Source: Pseudomonadota bacterium (lineage in GTDB: Bacteria; Myxococcota; JACRCW01; JAFGSX01). Taken from it: DNA of 13,170 nt. The notes below the pieces were generated by a model. The model was not told the origin of the DNA and ran no database searches. It saw nothing but the letters and a program-made list of their open reading frames with translations. How positions within the stretch are numbered: position 1 is the first letter of the stretch; each line of letters begins with the position of its first letter. Below are positions 1 to 8,442 of the stretch, in pieces. Location: assembly GCA_043821645.1 (NCBI GenBank), contig JBDRCO010000078.1, forward strand, positions 1 through 13,170. Reading direction: 5' to 3'. The position numbers were made by a program, and so were the translations under genes.

Positions 1-137
1 TGGTGATGCCGGGCGACAACGTGCAGATGGAGATCGAGCTGATCACACCGGTGGCGATGGAGAAGGAGCTTCGCTTCGCCATTCGCGAGGGTGGCCGCAC
101 CGTCGGCGCCGGCGTGGTGACGGAGATCATGGAGTAG
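1..137 (+). CDS. tuf: Elongation factor Tu, C-terminal fragment (gene begins upstream of window)
   Basis: Frame starting at nt 3 reads [44 protein letters not shown], with TAG at 135-137. MPGDN and [14 protein letters not shown] are hallmark EF-Tu domain 3 motifs. Canonical position upstream of rpsJ. Confidence 0.98.
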   Translation, partial: VMPGDNVQMEIELITPVAMEKELRFAIREGGRTVGAGVVTEIME

Positions 138-146
138 TTCCGAGGT

Positions 147-174
147 GGTCCTGGCGCCTGGAGGCGTCGGGACT
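147..174 (+). other. GC-rich stem-loop just downstream of the tuf stop, no U-tract
   Basis: GGTCCTGGCGCC (147-158) pairs with GGCGTCGGGACT (163-174), 12 bp including G-U pairs, loop TGGA. Followed by GGAGTC rather than poly-T, so more likely a 3'-stabilising or processing hairpin than a classical intrinsic terminator. Confidence 0.6.
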
Positions 175-191
175 GGAGTCGTCGTACCAAG

Positions 192-284
192 GCCGCCTGT
201 CTGAACGCGGAACCGGGTGCGACACCGTCGCGGCGAAGAGGGTAGTAATCCCGAACCGCCCTGACGCTTAGGCAGGAGGCAGGT
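192..284 (+). promoter_or_regulatory. Candidate structured leader RNA covering the rpsJ ribosome-binding site
   Basis: GCC-G-CCTGTCTGA (192-204) can pair with TTAGGCAGG-A-GGC (268-280), which includes the SD AGGAGG (274-279). The enclosed region has inner hairpins GCGAC-ACC-GTCGC (219-231) and AGGGT...GCCCT (239-262). Confidence 0.45.
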
Positions 285-287
285 CAA

Positions 288-596
288 ATGCCCAGCCACA
301 AGATCCGGATTCGGTTGAAGGCGTATGACCACAGGCTGCTGGATCAGTCGGCGCGTGAAATCGTCGACACGGCCAGTCGCACCGGCGCCAAGGTCGCGGG
401 ACCCATCCCGTTGCCCACGCGCATCAACCGCTACTGCGTGCTGCGCTCACCTCACGTCGACAAGAAGTCGCGCGAGGAGTTTGAGATCCGCACGCACAAG
501 CGATTGCTGGACATTCTGGAGCCTACCCAGCAGACGCTGGACGCGCTCATGAAGCTCGACTTGTCGGCGGGTGTCGACGTCGAGATCAAGAGCTAG
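288..596 (+). CDS. rpsJ: 30S ribosomal protein S10 (uS10)
   Basis: [29 protein letters not shown] and RTHKRL motifs. SD AGGAGG at 274-279. Confidence 0.99.
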   Translation: MPSHKIRIRLKAYDHRLLDQSAREIVDTASRTGAKVAGPIPLPTRINRYCVLRSPHVDKKSREEFEIRTHKRLLDILEPTQQTLDALMKLDLSAGVDVEIKS

Positions 597-606
597 GGAG
601 GCCGCG

Positions 607-1230
607 ATGGCAACCTTTGATATCGTCGACTGGAGCCGCAAGAAGGTGAGCAGTGTCGACCTCATGGACGAGGTCTTCGCCACCACCGTCAAGCCTGGCT
701 TGCACTGGGAAGCGGTCAAGTGGCAGCAGGCCAAGCGCCGCGCTGGCACGCACAGCACCAAGGTTCGTGGCGAGGTCAGTGGCACGGGGCGCAAGCCCTT
801 TAAGCAGAAGCACACCGGCCGCGCTCGCGCTGGTGACTTCCGCTCGCCCCTGTGGCGCGGTGGCGCGATCGTGTTTGGCCCGCGGCCCCGGTCCTACGCC
901 TACACCTTGCCAGCCAAGGTTCGTCGTGGCGCCCTGCGCTCGGCCCTGTCCATGCTGGTGCGCGACGGAAACGTCGTCATCGTCAAGGACTTCGAGGGTG
1001 TGGGCGGCAAGAGCCGGACCGTGCTGGACAAGGTCAAGGCGCTGGGTGTGAATCGTGCTTTGCTCGTCGACACCGCGAACGCCGAGCTCAAGCGCGGCGC
1101 GCGCAACCTGAACGAGCACAAGTACCTGGCGGCGGCCGGGCTCAATGTCGAGGATCTGCTCAAGTTCGGCGCTCTGGTCATCTCCGAGCAGGCTGTTCGC
1201 GCGATCGAGCAGCGCCTGGCGAAGAAGTAG
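607..1230 (+). CDS. rplD: 50S ribosomal protein L4 (uL4)
   Basis: RAGTHSTKVRGEVSGTGRKPFKQKHTGRARAG and SPLWRGGAIVFGPRPR motifs. Start taken as ATG 607, with SD GGAGG at 597-601, rather than the 571 start of the ORF track. Confidence 0.98.
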   Translation: MATFDIVDWSRKKVSSVDLMDEVFATTVKPGLHWEAVKWQQAKRRAGTHSTKVRGEVSGTGRKPFKQKHTGRARAGDFRSPLWRGGAIVFGPRPRSYAYTLPAKVRRGALRSALSMLVRDGNVVIVKDFEGVGGKSRTVLDKVKALGVNRALLVDTANAELKRGARNLNEHKYLAAAGLNVEDLLKFGALVISEQAVRAIEQRLAKK

Positions 1231-1312
1231 GTGCTGTCCGGGTGAAGGCCATCGGGGATTTGCACCCGACGCCAGAGGGTCCGGTCGGCGGGCCCCGAGA
1301 GGGTAAGAAGCC

Positions 1313-1612
1313 ATGCACGACATGTACGAGATCATCAAGCGCCCCATCGTGACCGAGAAGGCCACGGCCCTCAAGGCCGAGGCCAACAAGGTGTGCTTCA
1401 TCGTGGCGCCGTGGGCGAACAAGATCGAGATTCGCTCGGCCGTCGAGCGCATCTTCAGCGTCAAGGTTCTCGACGTTCACACCGCGCGCTTTCACGGCAA
1501 GCTCAAGCGCATGGGCAAGAACGTTGGCTACAAGCAGACCTGGAAGAAGGCCATCGTGACCCTGGCCGAGGGTAGCGATATCGACGTGCTGGGCACCGGG
1601 GCTGAAGTGTGA
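1313..1612 (+). CDS. rplW: 50S ribosomal protein L23 (uL23)
   Basis: IIKRPIVTEKA, ANKIEIRSAVERIFSVKV and WKKAIVTL motifs. Conserved position. Confidence 0.98.
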   Translation: MHDMYEIIKRPIVTEKATALKAEANKVCFIVAPWANKIEIRSAVERIFSVKVLDVHTARFHGKLKRMGKNVGYKQTWKKAIVTLAEGSDIDVLGTGAEV

Positions 1613-1683
1613 ACCGTCCGCTCGAGCGGACCACGGCCGCAAAGCCTGTCCACCAGACCGGCAGTTAGGGCCAGGAGAGAGAG

Positions 1684-2511
1684 ATGGGGAGCAAGAAATT
1701 CAGACCGATCACGCCGGCCCGTCGCTTCATGACGGTCTCGGACTTTGCCGAGATCACGAAGAGCGAGCCTGAGCGCAGCCTGTTGCAGCCTCGCAACCGG
1801 GTCAACGGGCGCAACAACCAGGGGCGACTCACCTCGCGCTTTCGCGGCGGCGCCCACAAGAAGCGTTACCGCATCATCGACTTCAAGCGCGACAAGGTGG
1901 GAGTGCCCGCCACGGTCAAGGCTGTCGAGTACGATCCCAATCGCTCGGCGCGTCTGGCCCTGCTGTTCTACGCGGACGGCGAGAAGCGCTACATCCTGTG
2001 GCCCCTGGGTGTGGCCGTGGGCGATCAGCTCATGAGCGGTACAACCGCGGATATCCGTCCGGGGAACGCGCTGCCCCTGAGCAACATCCCCCTGGGCACC
2101 CAGGTGCACAACGTCGAGCTCAAGCCCGGCGGTGGTGGGCAGATGGTTCGCGGCGCCGGCTGCTCGGCCCAGCTCATCGCCAAGGAGGCGGGCTACGCCA
2201 TCCTGCGCATGCCCTCGGGTGAGATGCGCAAGGTGCTGGGCCGCTGCCTGGCCACCATTGGCCAGCTCGGCAACATCGACCACGAGAACATCCATATCGG
2301 CAAGGCCGGACGCTCGCGCTGGCTGGGCCGCAAGCCGCACAACCGTGGCGTGGCCATGAACCCCGTCGACCACCCCATGGGTGGTGGCGAGGGTCGGTCG
2401 TCGGGCGGTCGCCACCCCGTCACACCGTGGGGTGTGCCGACCAAGGGTCACAAGACGCGCAAGAACTCGCGCACGGACAGCATGATCGTCCGTCGCCGGA
2501 ACAAGAAATAA
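1684..2511 (+). CDS. rplB: 50S ribosomal protein L2 (uL2)
   Basis: [23 protein letters not shown] and [17 protein letters not shown] motifs. 275 aa. Confidence 0.99.
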   Translation: MGSKKFRPITPARRFMTVSDFAEITKSEPERSLLQPRNRVNGRNNQGRLTSRFRGGAHKKRYRIIDFKRDKVGVPATVKAVEYDPNRSARLALLFYADGEKRYILWPLGVAVGDQLMSGTTADIRPGNALPLSNIPLGTQVHNVELKPGGGGQMVRGAGCSAQLIAKEAGYAILRMPSGEMRKVLGRCLATIGQLGNIDHENIHIGKAGRSRWLGRKPHNRGVAMNPVDHPMGGGEGRSSGGRHPVTPWGVPTKGHKTRKNSRTDSMIVRRRNKK

Positions 2512-2523
2512 GCGAGGGATCCC

Positions 2524-2805
2524 ATGGCACGTTCAGTCAAGAAGGGTCCGTTCGTCGACGGTTACCTGGTCAAGAAGGTCGAGGACATGAACCGCGCCCA
2601 GAGCCGGCAGGTCCTCAAGACCTGGAGCCGCCGCTCGACCATCGTGCCCGAGTTCGTGGGGCACACCTTCGCGGTTCACAACGGCAAGAAGTTCATTCCC
2701 GTGTTCGTGACCGAGAACATGGTCGGACACAAGCTGGGTGAGTTCGCGGCGACCCGGACCTTCCACGGGCACGCGGGCGACAAGAAGGCTGTCAAGAAGG
2801 CCTAG
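2524..2805 (+). CDS. rpsS: 30S ribosomal protein S19 (uS19)
   Basis: [27 protein letters not shown] and MVGHKLGEF motifs. Confidence 0.99.
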   Translation: MARSVKKGPFVDGYLVKKVEDMNRAQSRQVLKTWSRRSTIVPEFVGHTFAVHNGKKFIPVFVTENMVGHKLGEFAATRTFHGHAGDKKAVKKA

Positions 2806-2866
2806 CACGCGAGGCGGTGCTGGTGGGGTCTAGACCGCCAGAAAGTGCACCGCGGAGGAGACGACG

Positions 2867-3256
2867 ATGTCCATGCGAGAGAGAGACAAGGCCAAGGTCC
2901 GCAAGGAAGCCCGCAAGGCGGCGCCACCTTCGGCAAGGCTGCAGAACCTGAAGATGAGCGCGCGCAAGATGCGCGTGATGGCGGACATGATCCGCGGCAA
3001 GGCTGTGGGTGAGGCCCTGGCCCTGCTCGCCTTCACTCCACGCGCCGCGGCGGGTCCGCTGCGCAAGCTGCTGGACAGCGCCGTGGCCAACGCCGATGCC
3101 CGGGGTGGCTATGACCTGGACAAGCTGGTGGTGAAGACGGTGATGGTGGACGCAGGGGCGCACATCAAGCGATGGATGCCGCGTGCCATGGGCCGGGCCT
3201 TCCCGATCCACAAGCACACCTCGCATATCACCGTGGTGCTCGACGAGAAGAAGTAG
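2867..3256 (+). CDS. rplV: 50S ribosomal protein L22 (uL22) with a ~20 aa charged N-terminal extension
   Basis: SARKMRVMADMIRGK, KLLDSAVANA and PRAMGRA..HTSHITVV motifs. SD GGAGGAG at 2854-2860. Confidence 0.98.
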   Translation: MSMRERDKAKVRKEARKAAPPSARLQNLKMSARKMRVMADMIRGKAVGEALALLAFTPRAAAGPLRKLLDSAVANADARGGYDLDKLVVKTVMVDAGAHIKRWMPRAMGRAFPIHKHTSHITVVLDEKK

Positions 3257-3301
3257 TTCGACGGCAGCCGGTGATCGGCTACCAGGGACAAGGAGACTAC
3301 C

Positions 3302-3982
3302 GTGGGTCAGAAAGTCCACCCGACCGGGTTCAGGATCGGCGTCATTCGCACCTGGGATTCCAAGTGGTACCGAGCCAAGGGTTACGCCAAGTGGCTCCAC
3401 GAGGACATCCGGCTGCGGGGCTACATCCGCGAAAAGCTCAAGAGCGCGGGTATCTCGCGCGTCGAGATTGAGCGCGCGGCCAACAAGGTCAAGGTCAACG
3501 TGCACACCGCGCGGCCGGGCATTGTCATCGGCAAGAAGGGCGCGGGCATCGAGCAGCTCAAAAAGGAGCTGCAGTCCTTCACCGAGAACGAGATCTTCCT
3601 GAACATCCACGAGGTGCGCAAGGCCGAGACCGACGCGCAGCTGGTGGCCGAGAACGTGGCGGTGCAGCTCGAGCGGCGCGTGGCCTTCAGGCGTGCCATG
3701 AAGAAGAGCATGCAGACCGCCATGAAGTTTGGCGCCAAGGGCGTCCGCGTGGCGTGCTCCGGTCGCCTGGGTGGTGCCGAGATGTCGCGCTACGAGTGGT
3801 ACCGCGAGGGTCGGGTGCCCCTGCACACCCTGCGCGCTGACGTGGACTACGGTACCGCCGAGGCACACACGACCTATGGGGTCATCGGCGTCAAGGTGTG
3901 GATCTTCAAGGGCGAGGTGCTTCCCAACAGCGTGCGGCCTCCCGAGGTGGCGCGACCGCGCGTGGCGCCAGCACCGCGCTGA
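3302..3982 (+). CDS. rpsC: 30S ribosomal protein S3 (uS3), GTG start
   Basis: [15 protein letters not shown] motif [20 protein letters not shown] and [18 protein letters not shown] upstream. Confidence 0.99.
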   Translation: MGQKVHPTGFRIGVIRTWDSKWYRAKGYAKWLHEDIRLRGYIREKLKSAGISRVEIERAANKVKVNVHTARPGIVIGKKGAGIEQLKKELQSFTENEIFLNIHEVRKAETDAQLVAENVAVQLERRVAFRRAMKKSMQTAMKFGAKGVRVACSGRLGGAEMSRYEWYREGRVPLHTLRADVDYGTAEAHTTYGVIGVKVWIFKGEVLPNSVRPPEVARPRVAPAPR

Positions 3983-4051
3983 CGACGAGGACGATGAGCC
4001 TGCAGGACGGCCGCCACGGCGGTGTCTTGCGGAGAGACTGGAGCGAGAACC

Positions 4052-4468
4052 ATGTTGCAGCCGTCAAAAACCAAGTTCCGCAAGCAGCAAAAGGGCAAGA
4101 ACCGCGGCCTCGCGTGGAGCGGCAGCACCCTGGCATTCGGTGACTACGGCCTGATGGTCACCGAGGGCGGCTTCCTGACCCAGCGCCAGATCGAGGCCGC
4201 TCGTATCGCCATCTCCCGCCACGCCAAGCGCGGTGGAAAGATGTGGATCCGGATCTTCCCGGACAAGCCGGTGACCAGCAAACCGGCCGAGACCCGAATG
4301 GGCAAGGGCAAGGGCGCGCCCGAGGGCTACGTGGCCGTGGTCAAGCCCGGCCGCATCCTGTACGAACTCGAAGGTATCGAGGAGAGCCTGGCCAAGGAGT
4401 CGATGAGGCTGGCCGGGCACAAGCTGCCCCTGGCGACCCGATTCGTGAGCCGGCGCCTGGAAGTGTGA
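4052..4468 (+). CDS. rplP: 50S ribosomal protein L16 (uL16)
   Basis: [33 protein letters not shown] and RMGKGKG motifs. Start set at ATG 4052 (canonical MLQP). Confidence 0.99.
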   Translation: MLQPSKTKFRKQQKGKNRGLAWSGSTLAFGDYGLMVTEGGFLTQRQIEAARIAISRHAKRGGKMWIRIFPDKPVTSKPAETRMGKGKGAPEGYVAVVKPGRILYELEGIEESLAKESMRLAGHKLPLATRFVSRRLEV

Positions 4469-4498
4469 CACGCGGTTTTCCGCGTTGAGGGAATCATC

Positions 4499-4714
4499 AT
4501 GGCGAGCACGAAGAACCCGACCAAGAAGCTGCGCGAGAAGACGCTGGCCGAGCTCAAGGATCACTCGGTGAAGCTGAAGCGCGACATGTTCGATCTGAAT
4601 TATCAGCATGCGACCAGGCAGCTGGAGAACACGGCCTCGCTGGCAGAGACGCGTCGCGAACTGGCGCGAACCCTGACCGTGCTGGGCGAGAAGAAGCTGC
4701 TGGAGAACGGCTGA
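4499..4714 (+). CDS. rpmC: 50S ribosomal protein L29 (uL29)
   Basis: [24 protein letters not shown] and [10 protein letters not shown] fit the L29 pattern. 71 aa, lying between rplP and rpsQ. Confidence 0.95.
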   Translation: MASTKNPTKKLREKTLAELKDHSVKLKRDMFDLNYQHATRQLENTASLAETRRELARTLTVLGEKKLLENG

Positions 4715-4730
4715 GCCGGTGGAGGCAAGT

Positions 4731-4997
4731 ATGGAACCGAAGAAGAGACACGTGCGCACCATGACCGGCGTCGTGACCAGCGACAAGATGGACAAGACCG
4801 TGGTGGTCCAGGTCGAACGGCGCTTCAAGCACCGCACCTACGAGAAGTACGTGGTGCGGCGCAGCCGGTTCAAGGCCCACGACGAGCGCAACGAAGCCAA
4901 GACCGGCGACACCGTCGTGATCAAGGAATCGCGGCCGGTCAGCAAGGACAAGCGCTGGCGTGTCCACAAGATCGTGATGCGGGCCGTGCAGGCATGA
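4731..4997 (+). CDS. rpsQ: 30S ribosomal protein S17 (uS17)
   Basis: [19 protein letters not shown] and [11 protein letters not shown] motifs. ATG 4731 preceded by GGAGG (4721-4725). Confidence 0.98.
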   Translation: MEPKKRHVRTMTGVVTSDKMDKTVVVQVERRFKHRTYEKYVVRRSRFKAHDERNEAKTGDTVVIKESRPVSKDKRWRVHKIVMRAVQA

Positions 4998-5103
4998 CGG
5001 AGCCCGCGCCGCGCACTCCCTGCTGACAGGGTGAATGTCGCCGGGACCCGGGTCCGACGGCAGAGGGGGCGCTCGACGCCTCCTAGGAGAGAAGGAAGAA
5101 GCC

Positions 5104-5472
5104 ATGATCCAGATGCAGACCGTGCTCGATGTCGCCGACAATTCGGGTGCGAAGAAGGTGATGTGCATCAAGGTGCTGGGTGGCAGCAAGCGCCGCTATG
5201 CGGGCATCGGTGATGTCATCGTGGCCTGTGTCAAGGAGGCCGCGCCCAATTCGAAGGTCAAAAAGGGTGACGTGGTCAAGGCCGTGATCGTGCGTACTGC
5301 CAAGGAGGTGGGGCGCAACGATGGGACCTTCATCCGCTTCGACACCAACTCGGCGGTGCTGGTCAACGCGGCGAAGGAGCCCATCGGGACCCGTATTTTT
5401 GGACCCGTGGCCCGCGAGCTGCGTGCCAAGCAGTTCATGAAGATCATCTCTTTGGCACCAGAAGTGCTGTGA
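5104..5472 (+). CDS. rplN: 50S ribosomal protein L14 (uL14)
   Basis: [29 protein letters not shown] and [10 protein letters not shown]. Start at ATG 5104 gives 122 aa. Confidence 0.99.
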   Translation: MIQMQTVLDVADNSGAKKVMCIKVLGGSKRRYAGIGDVIVACVKEAAPNSKVKKGDVVKAVIVRTAKEVGRNDGTFIRFDTNSAVLVNAAKEPIGTRIFGPVARELRAKQFMKIISLAPEVL

Positions 5473-5487
5473 ACGACGGAGACGACT

Positions 5488-5814
5488 ATGCGCATCAAGA
5501 AGGGTGACACCGTCAAGGTGATTTCGGGCAAGGACAAGGGCAAGGTGGCCAAGGTCATCGAGGTCCATCCTGCCGACGACAAGATTCGCGTCGAGGGTGT
5601 GGCCATGGTCAAGCGGCACTACAAGCCGCAGAAAAGCCGGGCCCTGCCCGAGGGCGGAATCCTCGAGAAGGCCGCGTTGATCCCGGCCTGCAAGGTCATG
5701 CTGTACTCGGACGCCCTCAAGCGTCCGGTGCGCGTGGGACACCAGATCACGGACAAGGGCGACAAGAAGCGCGTGGCCCGGGGACGCAACACCAAGGCCA
5801 CGGTGCTGGACTGA
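5488..5814 (+). CDS. rplX: 50S ribosomal protein L24 (uL24)
   Basis: KOW motif [17 protein letters not shown], plus [10 protein letters not shown] and GGILEK. Confidence 0.98.
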   Translation: MRIKKGDTVKVISGKDKGKVAKVIEVHPADDKIRVEGVAMVKRHYKPQKSRALPEGGILEKAALIPACKVMLYSDALKRPVRVGHQITDKGDKKRVARGRNTKATVLD

Positions 5815-5899
5815 ACACGACCGTTCGGACCCGCACCGAGGCGCGGTGAGGTGCGAGAGCATCGGACGCCGATCGACGGGTTAGACGCAGGAGCAGGCA

Positions 5900-6580
5900 A
5901 TGGCGAAGACCAAGGCGGACAAGAAGGCCGAGTCAGATGCGAAGGCAGCGCAGGCTGACCAGGGCAAGTCCAAGGACAAGAAGAAGCAGGAGAAGCTTGC
6001 CGCCGAGGCTGCAGCTGCTGCTGCCGAGCCCAAGCGGGTGCCACGACTCAAGACCTTCTACGAGAAGGAGATCGTGGGCCAGCTGGTCAAGGAGTTCAAC
6101 TACAAGAATATGCAGCAGGTGCCGCGCCTGTCCAAGATCGTGATCAACATGGGTCTGGGTGAGGCCGTGGCCAACCCCAAGATCCTCGAGAGTGCTGCGG
6201 CCGAGATGGCGACCATCGCCGGCCAGAAGCCCGTGATCACGCGCGCCAAGAAGTCCATCGCCAACTACAAGCTGCGTACCGGCATGCCCATTGGTTGCAT
6301 GGTCACCCTGCGGCGCGAGCGCATGTGGGAGTTTCTCGATCGGCTGGTCAATGTCGCCCTGCCTCGTGTGCGCGACTTCCGCGGTGTGTCGCACAAGGGT
6401 TTCGACGGCAAGGGCAACTTCTCGGCGGGCATCAAGGAGCAGATCATCTTCCCCGAGATCGACTACGACAAGATCGACAAGATCAAGGGGCTCAACATCT
6501 CCATCGTCACCACGGCTCCCAATGATGAGGAAGCGCGCGCTCTGCTCGCGCACCTCGGCATGCCGTTCCGCAAGAAGTAA
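5900..6580 (+). CDS. rplE: 50S ribosomal protein L5 (uL5) with a ~46 aa Lys/Ala-rich N-terminal extension
   Basis: [39 protein letters not shown] and [11 protein letters not shown] motifs. ATG 5900 has SD AGGAG (5889-5893). The canonical L5 core begins near residue 47. Confidence 0.98.
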   Translation: MAKTKADKKAESDAKAAQADQGKSKDKKKQEKLAAEAAAAAAEPKRVPRLKTFYEKEIVGQLVKEFNYKNMQQVPRLSKIVINMGLGEAVANPKILESAAAEMATIAGQKPVITRAKKSIANYKLRTGMPIGCMVTLRRERMWEFLDRLVNVALPRVRDFRGVSHKGFDGKGNFSAGIKEQIIFPEIDYDKIDKIKGLNISIVTTAPNDEEARALLAHLGMPFRKK

Positions 6581-6646
6581 AGGGGCGGGGGCGTGCCGGG
6601 CCCACGAAGTGCCCGGTGCCCACGAGAAAGAGAGCAAGAGGAAAAA

Positions 6647-6832
6647 ATGGCCAAGCTGACCAAGATGGCGCAGATCGGCAAAGCGAAGAAGTTCCATGTG
6701 CGCGAGTACAACCGCTGCCCGCTGTGTGGCCGCGCCCGTGCTTTCTTGCGCAAGTTCGGGATGTGCCGTATCTGCTTTCGCGCTCGTTCCCTGCGCGCCG
6801 AGATCCCCGGCGTGGTCAAGGCGAGCTGGTAG
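6647..6832 (+). CDS. rpsN: 30S ribosomal protein S14, short zinc-binding (C+, type Z) form
   Basis: 61 aa from ATG 6647, with RCPLCGR...CRICFR (four Zn-ligand Cys) and IPGVVKASW. Confidence 0.98.
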   Translation: MAKLTKMAQIGKAKKFHVREYNRCPLCGRARAFLRKFGMCRICFRARSLRAEIPGVVKASW

Positions 6833-6889
6833 TTCCATACGCGATCGTGCGCCGGCGACGGAACGGCGACCGCGACGAGGTACTCGACC

Positions 6890-7285
6890 ATGATGACCGA
6901 TCCGATTGCAGACATGCTCACGCGCATTCGCAACGCGCAGAAGGCCGGCCACGCCGAGGTCAAGATCCCGGCCTCGAAGTTCAAGCAGAAGGTGCTGTAC
7001 CTGCTGAGCGACGAGGGCTACCTGGGCAAGGTGCGCTACGAGGCCGACAAGCGCCAGGGCATGCTCTTCGCGCAGCTCAAGTACGACAAGACCAACCGCG
7101 GCATCATCGACGGCGTGCGCCGGGTCAGCCGTCCGGGCCTTCGTGTGTACCGGGGCTACGATGAGCTGGCGCCCGTGCGCGGTGGTCTGGGTGTGGCCGT
7201 GCTCTCCACGTCGAGGGGCGTGCTGAGTGACCGCGAGGCGCGCAAGCAGCGCGTGGGCGGTGAGGTCCTGTGCGAGATCTGGTAA
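6890..7285 (+). CDS. rpsH: 30S ribosomal protein S8 (uS8)
   Basis: TDPIADMLTRIRNA, RVSRPGLRVY, GLGVAVLSTSRG and VGGEVLC motifs. Confidence 0.99.
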   Translation: MMTDPIADMLTRIRNAQKAGHAEVKIPASKFKQKVLYLLSDEGYLGKVRYEADKRQGMLFAQLKYDKTNRGIIDGVRRVSRPGLRVYRGYDELAPVRGGLGVAVLSTSRGVLSDREARKQRVGGEVLCEIW

Positions 7286-7380
7286 GGAATTGACCGCGAC
7301 GACCGCTGGCCCAGGCTGCCGGCGTCGCGTGAACGGGAGCCAGGCCGCGACAGCGAGCTGGTGCCCGAGGAGGAGTGGCC

Positions 7381-7923
7381 ATGAGCCGCATCGGTAAGCG
7401 GCCCGTCGAGATCCCCAGCGGCGTCAAGGTGACCGTGAGCGATCGCCTGGTGCACGTCGAGGGACCCAAGGGCAAGCTCGAGTATTCGCATCACCCCGGT
7501 GTCCAGGTTGCCGTCGAGGGAGCCCAGGTGCTGGTGACCCGTCCCGACGACGAGCGCCAGAGCCGGTCCCTGCACGGCCTGACCCGCAGCCTGATTCACA
7601 ACATGGTGGTCGGTGTCAGCAAGGGCTACGAGACCTCGCTGGATATCACCGGCACCGGCTATCGTGCCGAGCTCGCGGGTGACAAGCTGACCATCTCGGC
7701 CGGTCTGTCGAGCCCCGTGGTGCACAGGCTGCCCAAGGGCGTCACCGCCGAGATCGCGGAGAAGCAGACGCGCATCATCCTGCGCTGCATCGACAAGCAG
7801 CTGCTGGGCATCCAGGCGGCGACCATTCGCCACTACAGGCCACCAGAGCCCTACAAGGGCAAGGGTATCCGGTACACCAAGGAACAGATCCGCCGCAAGG
7901 TGGGCAAGAGCGGCGCCGCTTGA
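7381..7923 (+). CDS. rplF: 50S ribosomal protein L6 (uL6)
   Basis: MSRIGKRP, GPKGKL, HGLTRSLIHNMVVGVSKG and RPPEPYKGKGIRY. ATG 7381 follows GAGGAGGAG (7367-7375). Confidence 0.99.
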   Translation: MSRIGKRPVEIPSGVKVTVSDRLVHVEGPKGKLEYSHHPGVQVAVEGAQVLVTRPDDERQSRSLHGLTRSLIHNMVVGVSKGYETSLDITGTGYRAELAGDKLTISAGLSSPVVHRLPKGVTAEIAEKQTRIILRCIDKQLLGIQAATIRHYRPPEPYKGKGIRYTKEQIRRKVGKSGAA

Positions 7924-7999
7924 TCTCGACCTGACAAGAGGCAACGTGACCCGCACCCTGGCAGCCTAGGGGTCCGGGCCGGAAGATGAGGGCAGGACC

Positions 8000-8386
8000 A
8001 TGAGAACCATCAAGACGATCCGTAAACGCAACGCCAAGGTCGCCTCGCGGCTGCGCCGCAAGATCCGCATCCGCAAGAGGGTGCGCGGCGACGCCGACAG
8101 GCCGCGGCTGACCCTGTTCCGCAGCGCGTCGCACATGTACGCCCAGGTCATCGACGACGACACGGGCCGTACCCTTGCCGCGGCATCCACCGTGGACAAG
8201 GATATCAAGGCGACCCTGAGCGGGCTGAAGAAGGTCGACAAGGCCAAGAAGGTCGGCGAGGCCATTGCCGAGCGCTGCAAGGCGGCTGGCGTGACCAAGG
8301 TAGTCTTCGACCGCAATGGCTTCCTGTACCACGGCCGGGTCAAGGCCCTGGCTGACGGTGCGCGAGAGAAGGGGCTGAGCTTCTAG
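8000..8386 (+). CDS. rplR: 50S ribosomal protein L18 (uL18)
   Basis: [16 protein letters not shown] and [23 protein letters not shown] motifs. Confidence 0.99.
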   Translation: MRTIKTIRKRNAKVASRLRRKIRIRKRVRGDADRPRLTLFRSASHMYAQVIDDDTGRTLAAASTVDKDIKATLSGLKKVDKAKKVGEAIAERCKAAGVTKVVFDRNGFLYHGRVKALADGAREKGLSF

Positions 8387-8442
8387 CTCTCCAGCGAGAT
8401 GGGACGTCGGGACAGGATCCCGACCGAGAAAGGTTCACAGCC

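Noticed and set aside
147-174. Intrinsic (Rho-independent) terminator after tuf
   Set aside because: A strong stem is present but there is no U-rich tail, so it is recorded only as a hairpin.
586-6952. Long minus-strand ORFs 586-1464, 1528-2451, 2792-3868, 4064-4837, 5083-5862 and 5933-6952
   Set aside because: Shadow ORFs of the ribosomal genes. None resembles L3 or any other known protein, so none is the missing rplC.
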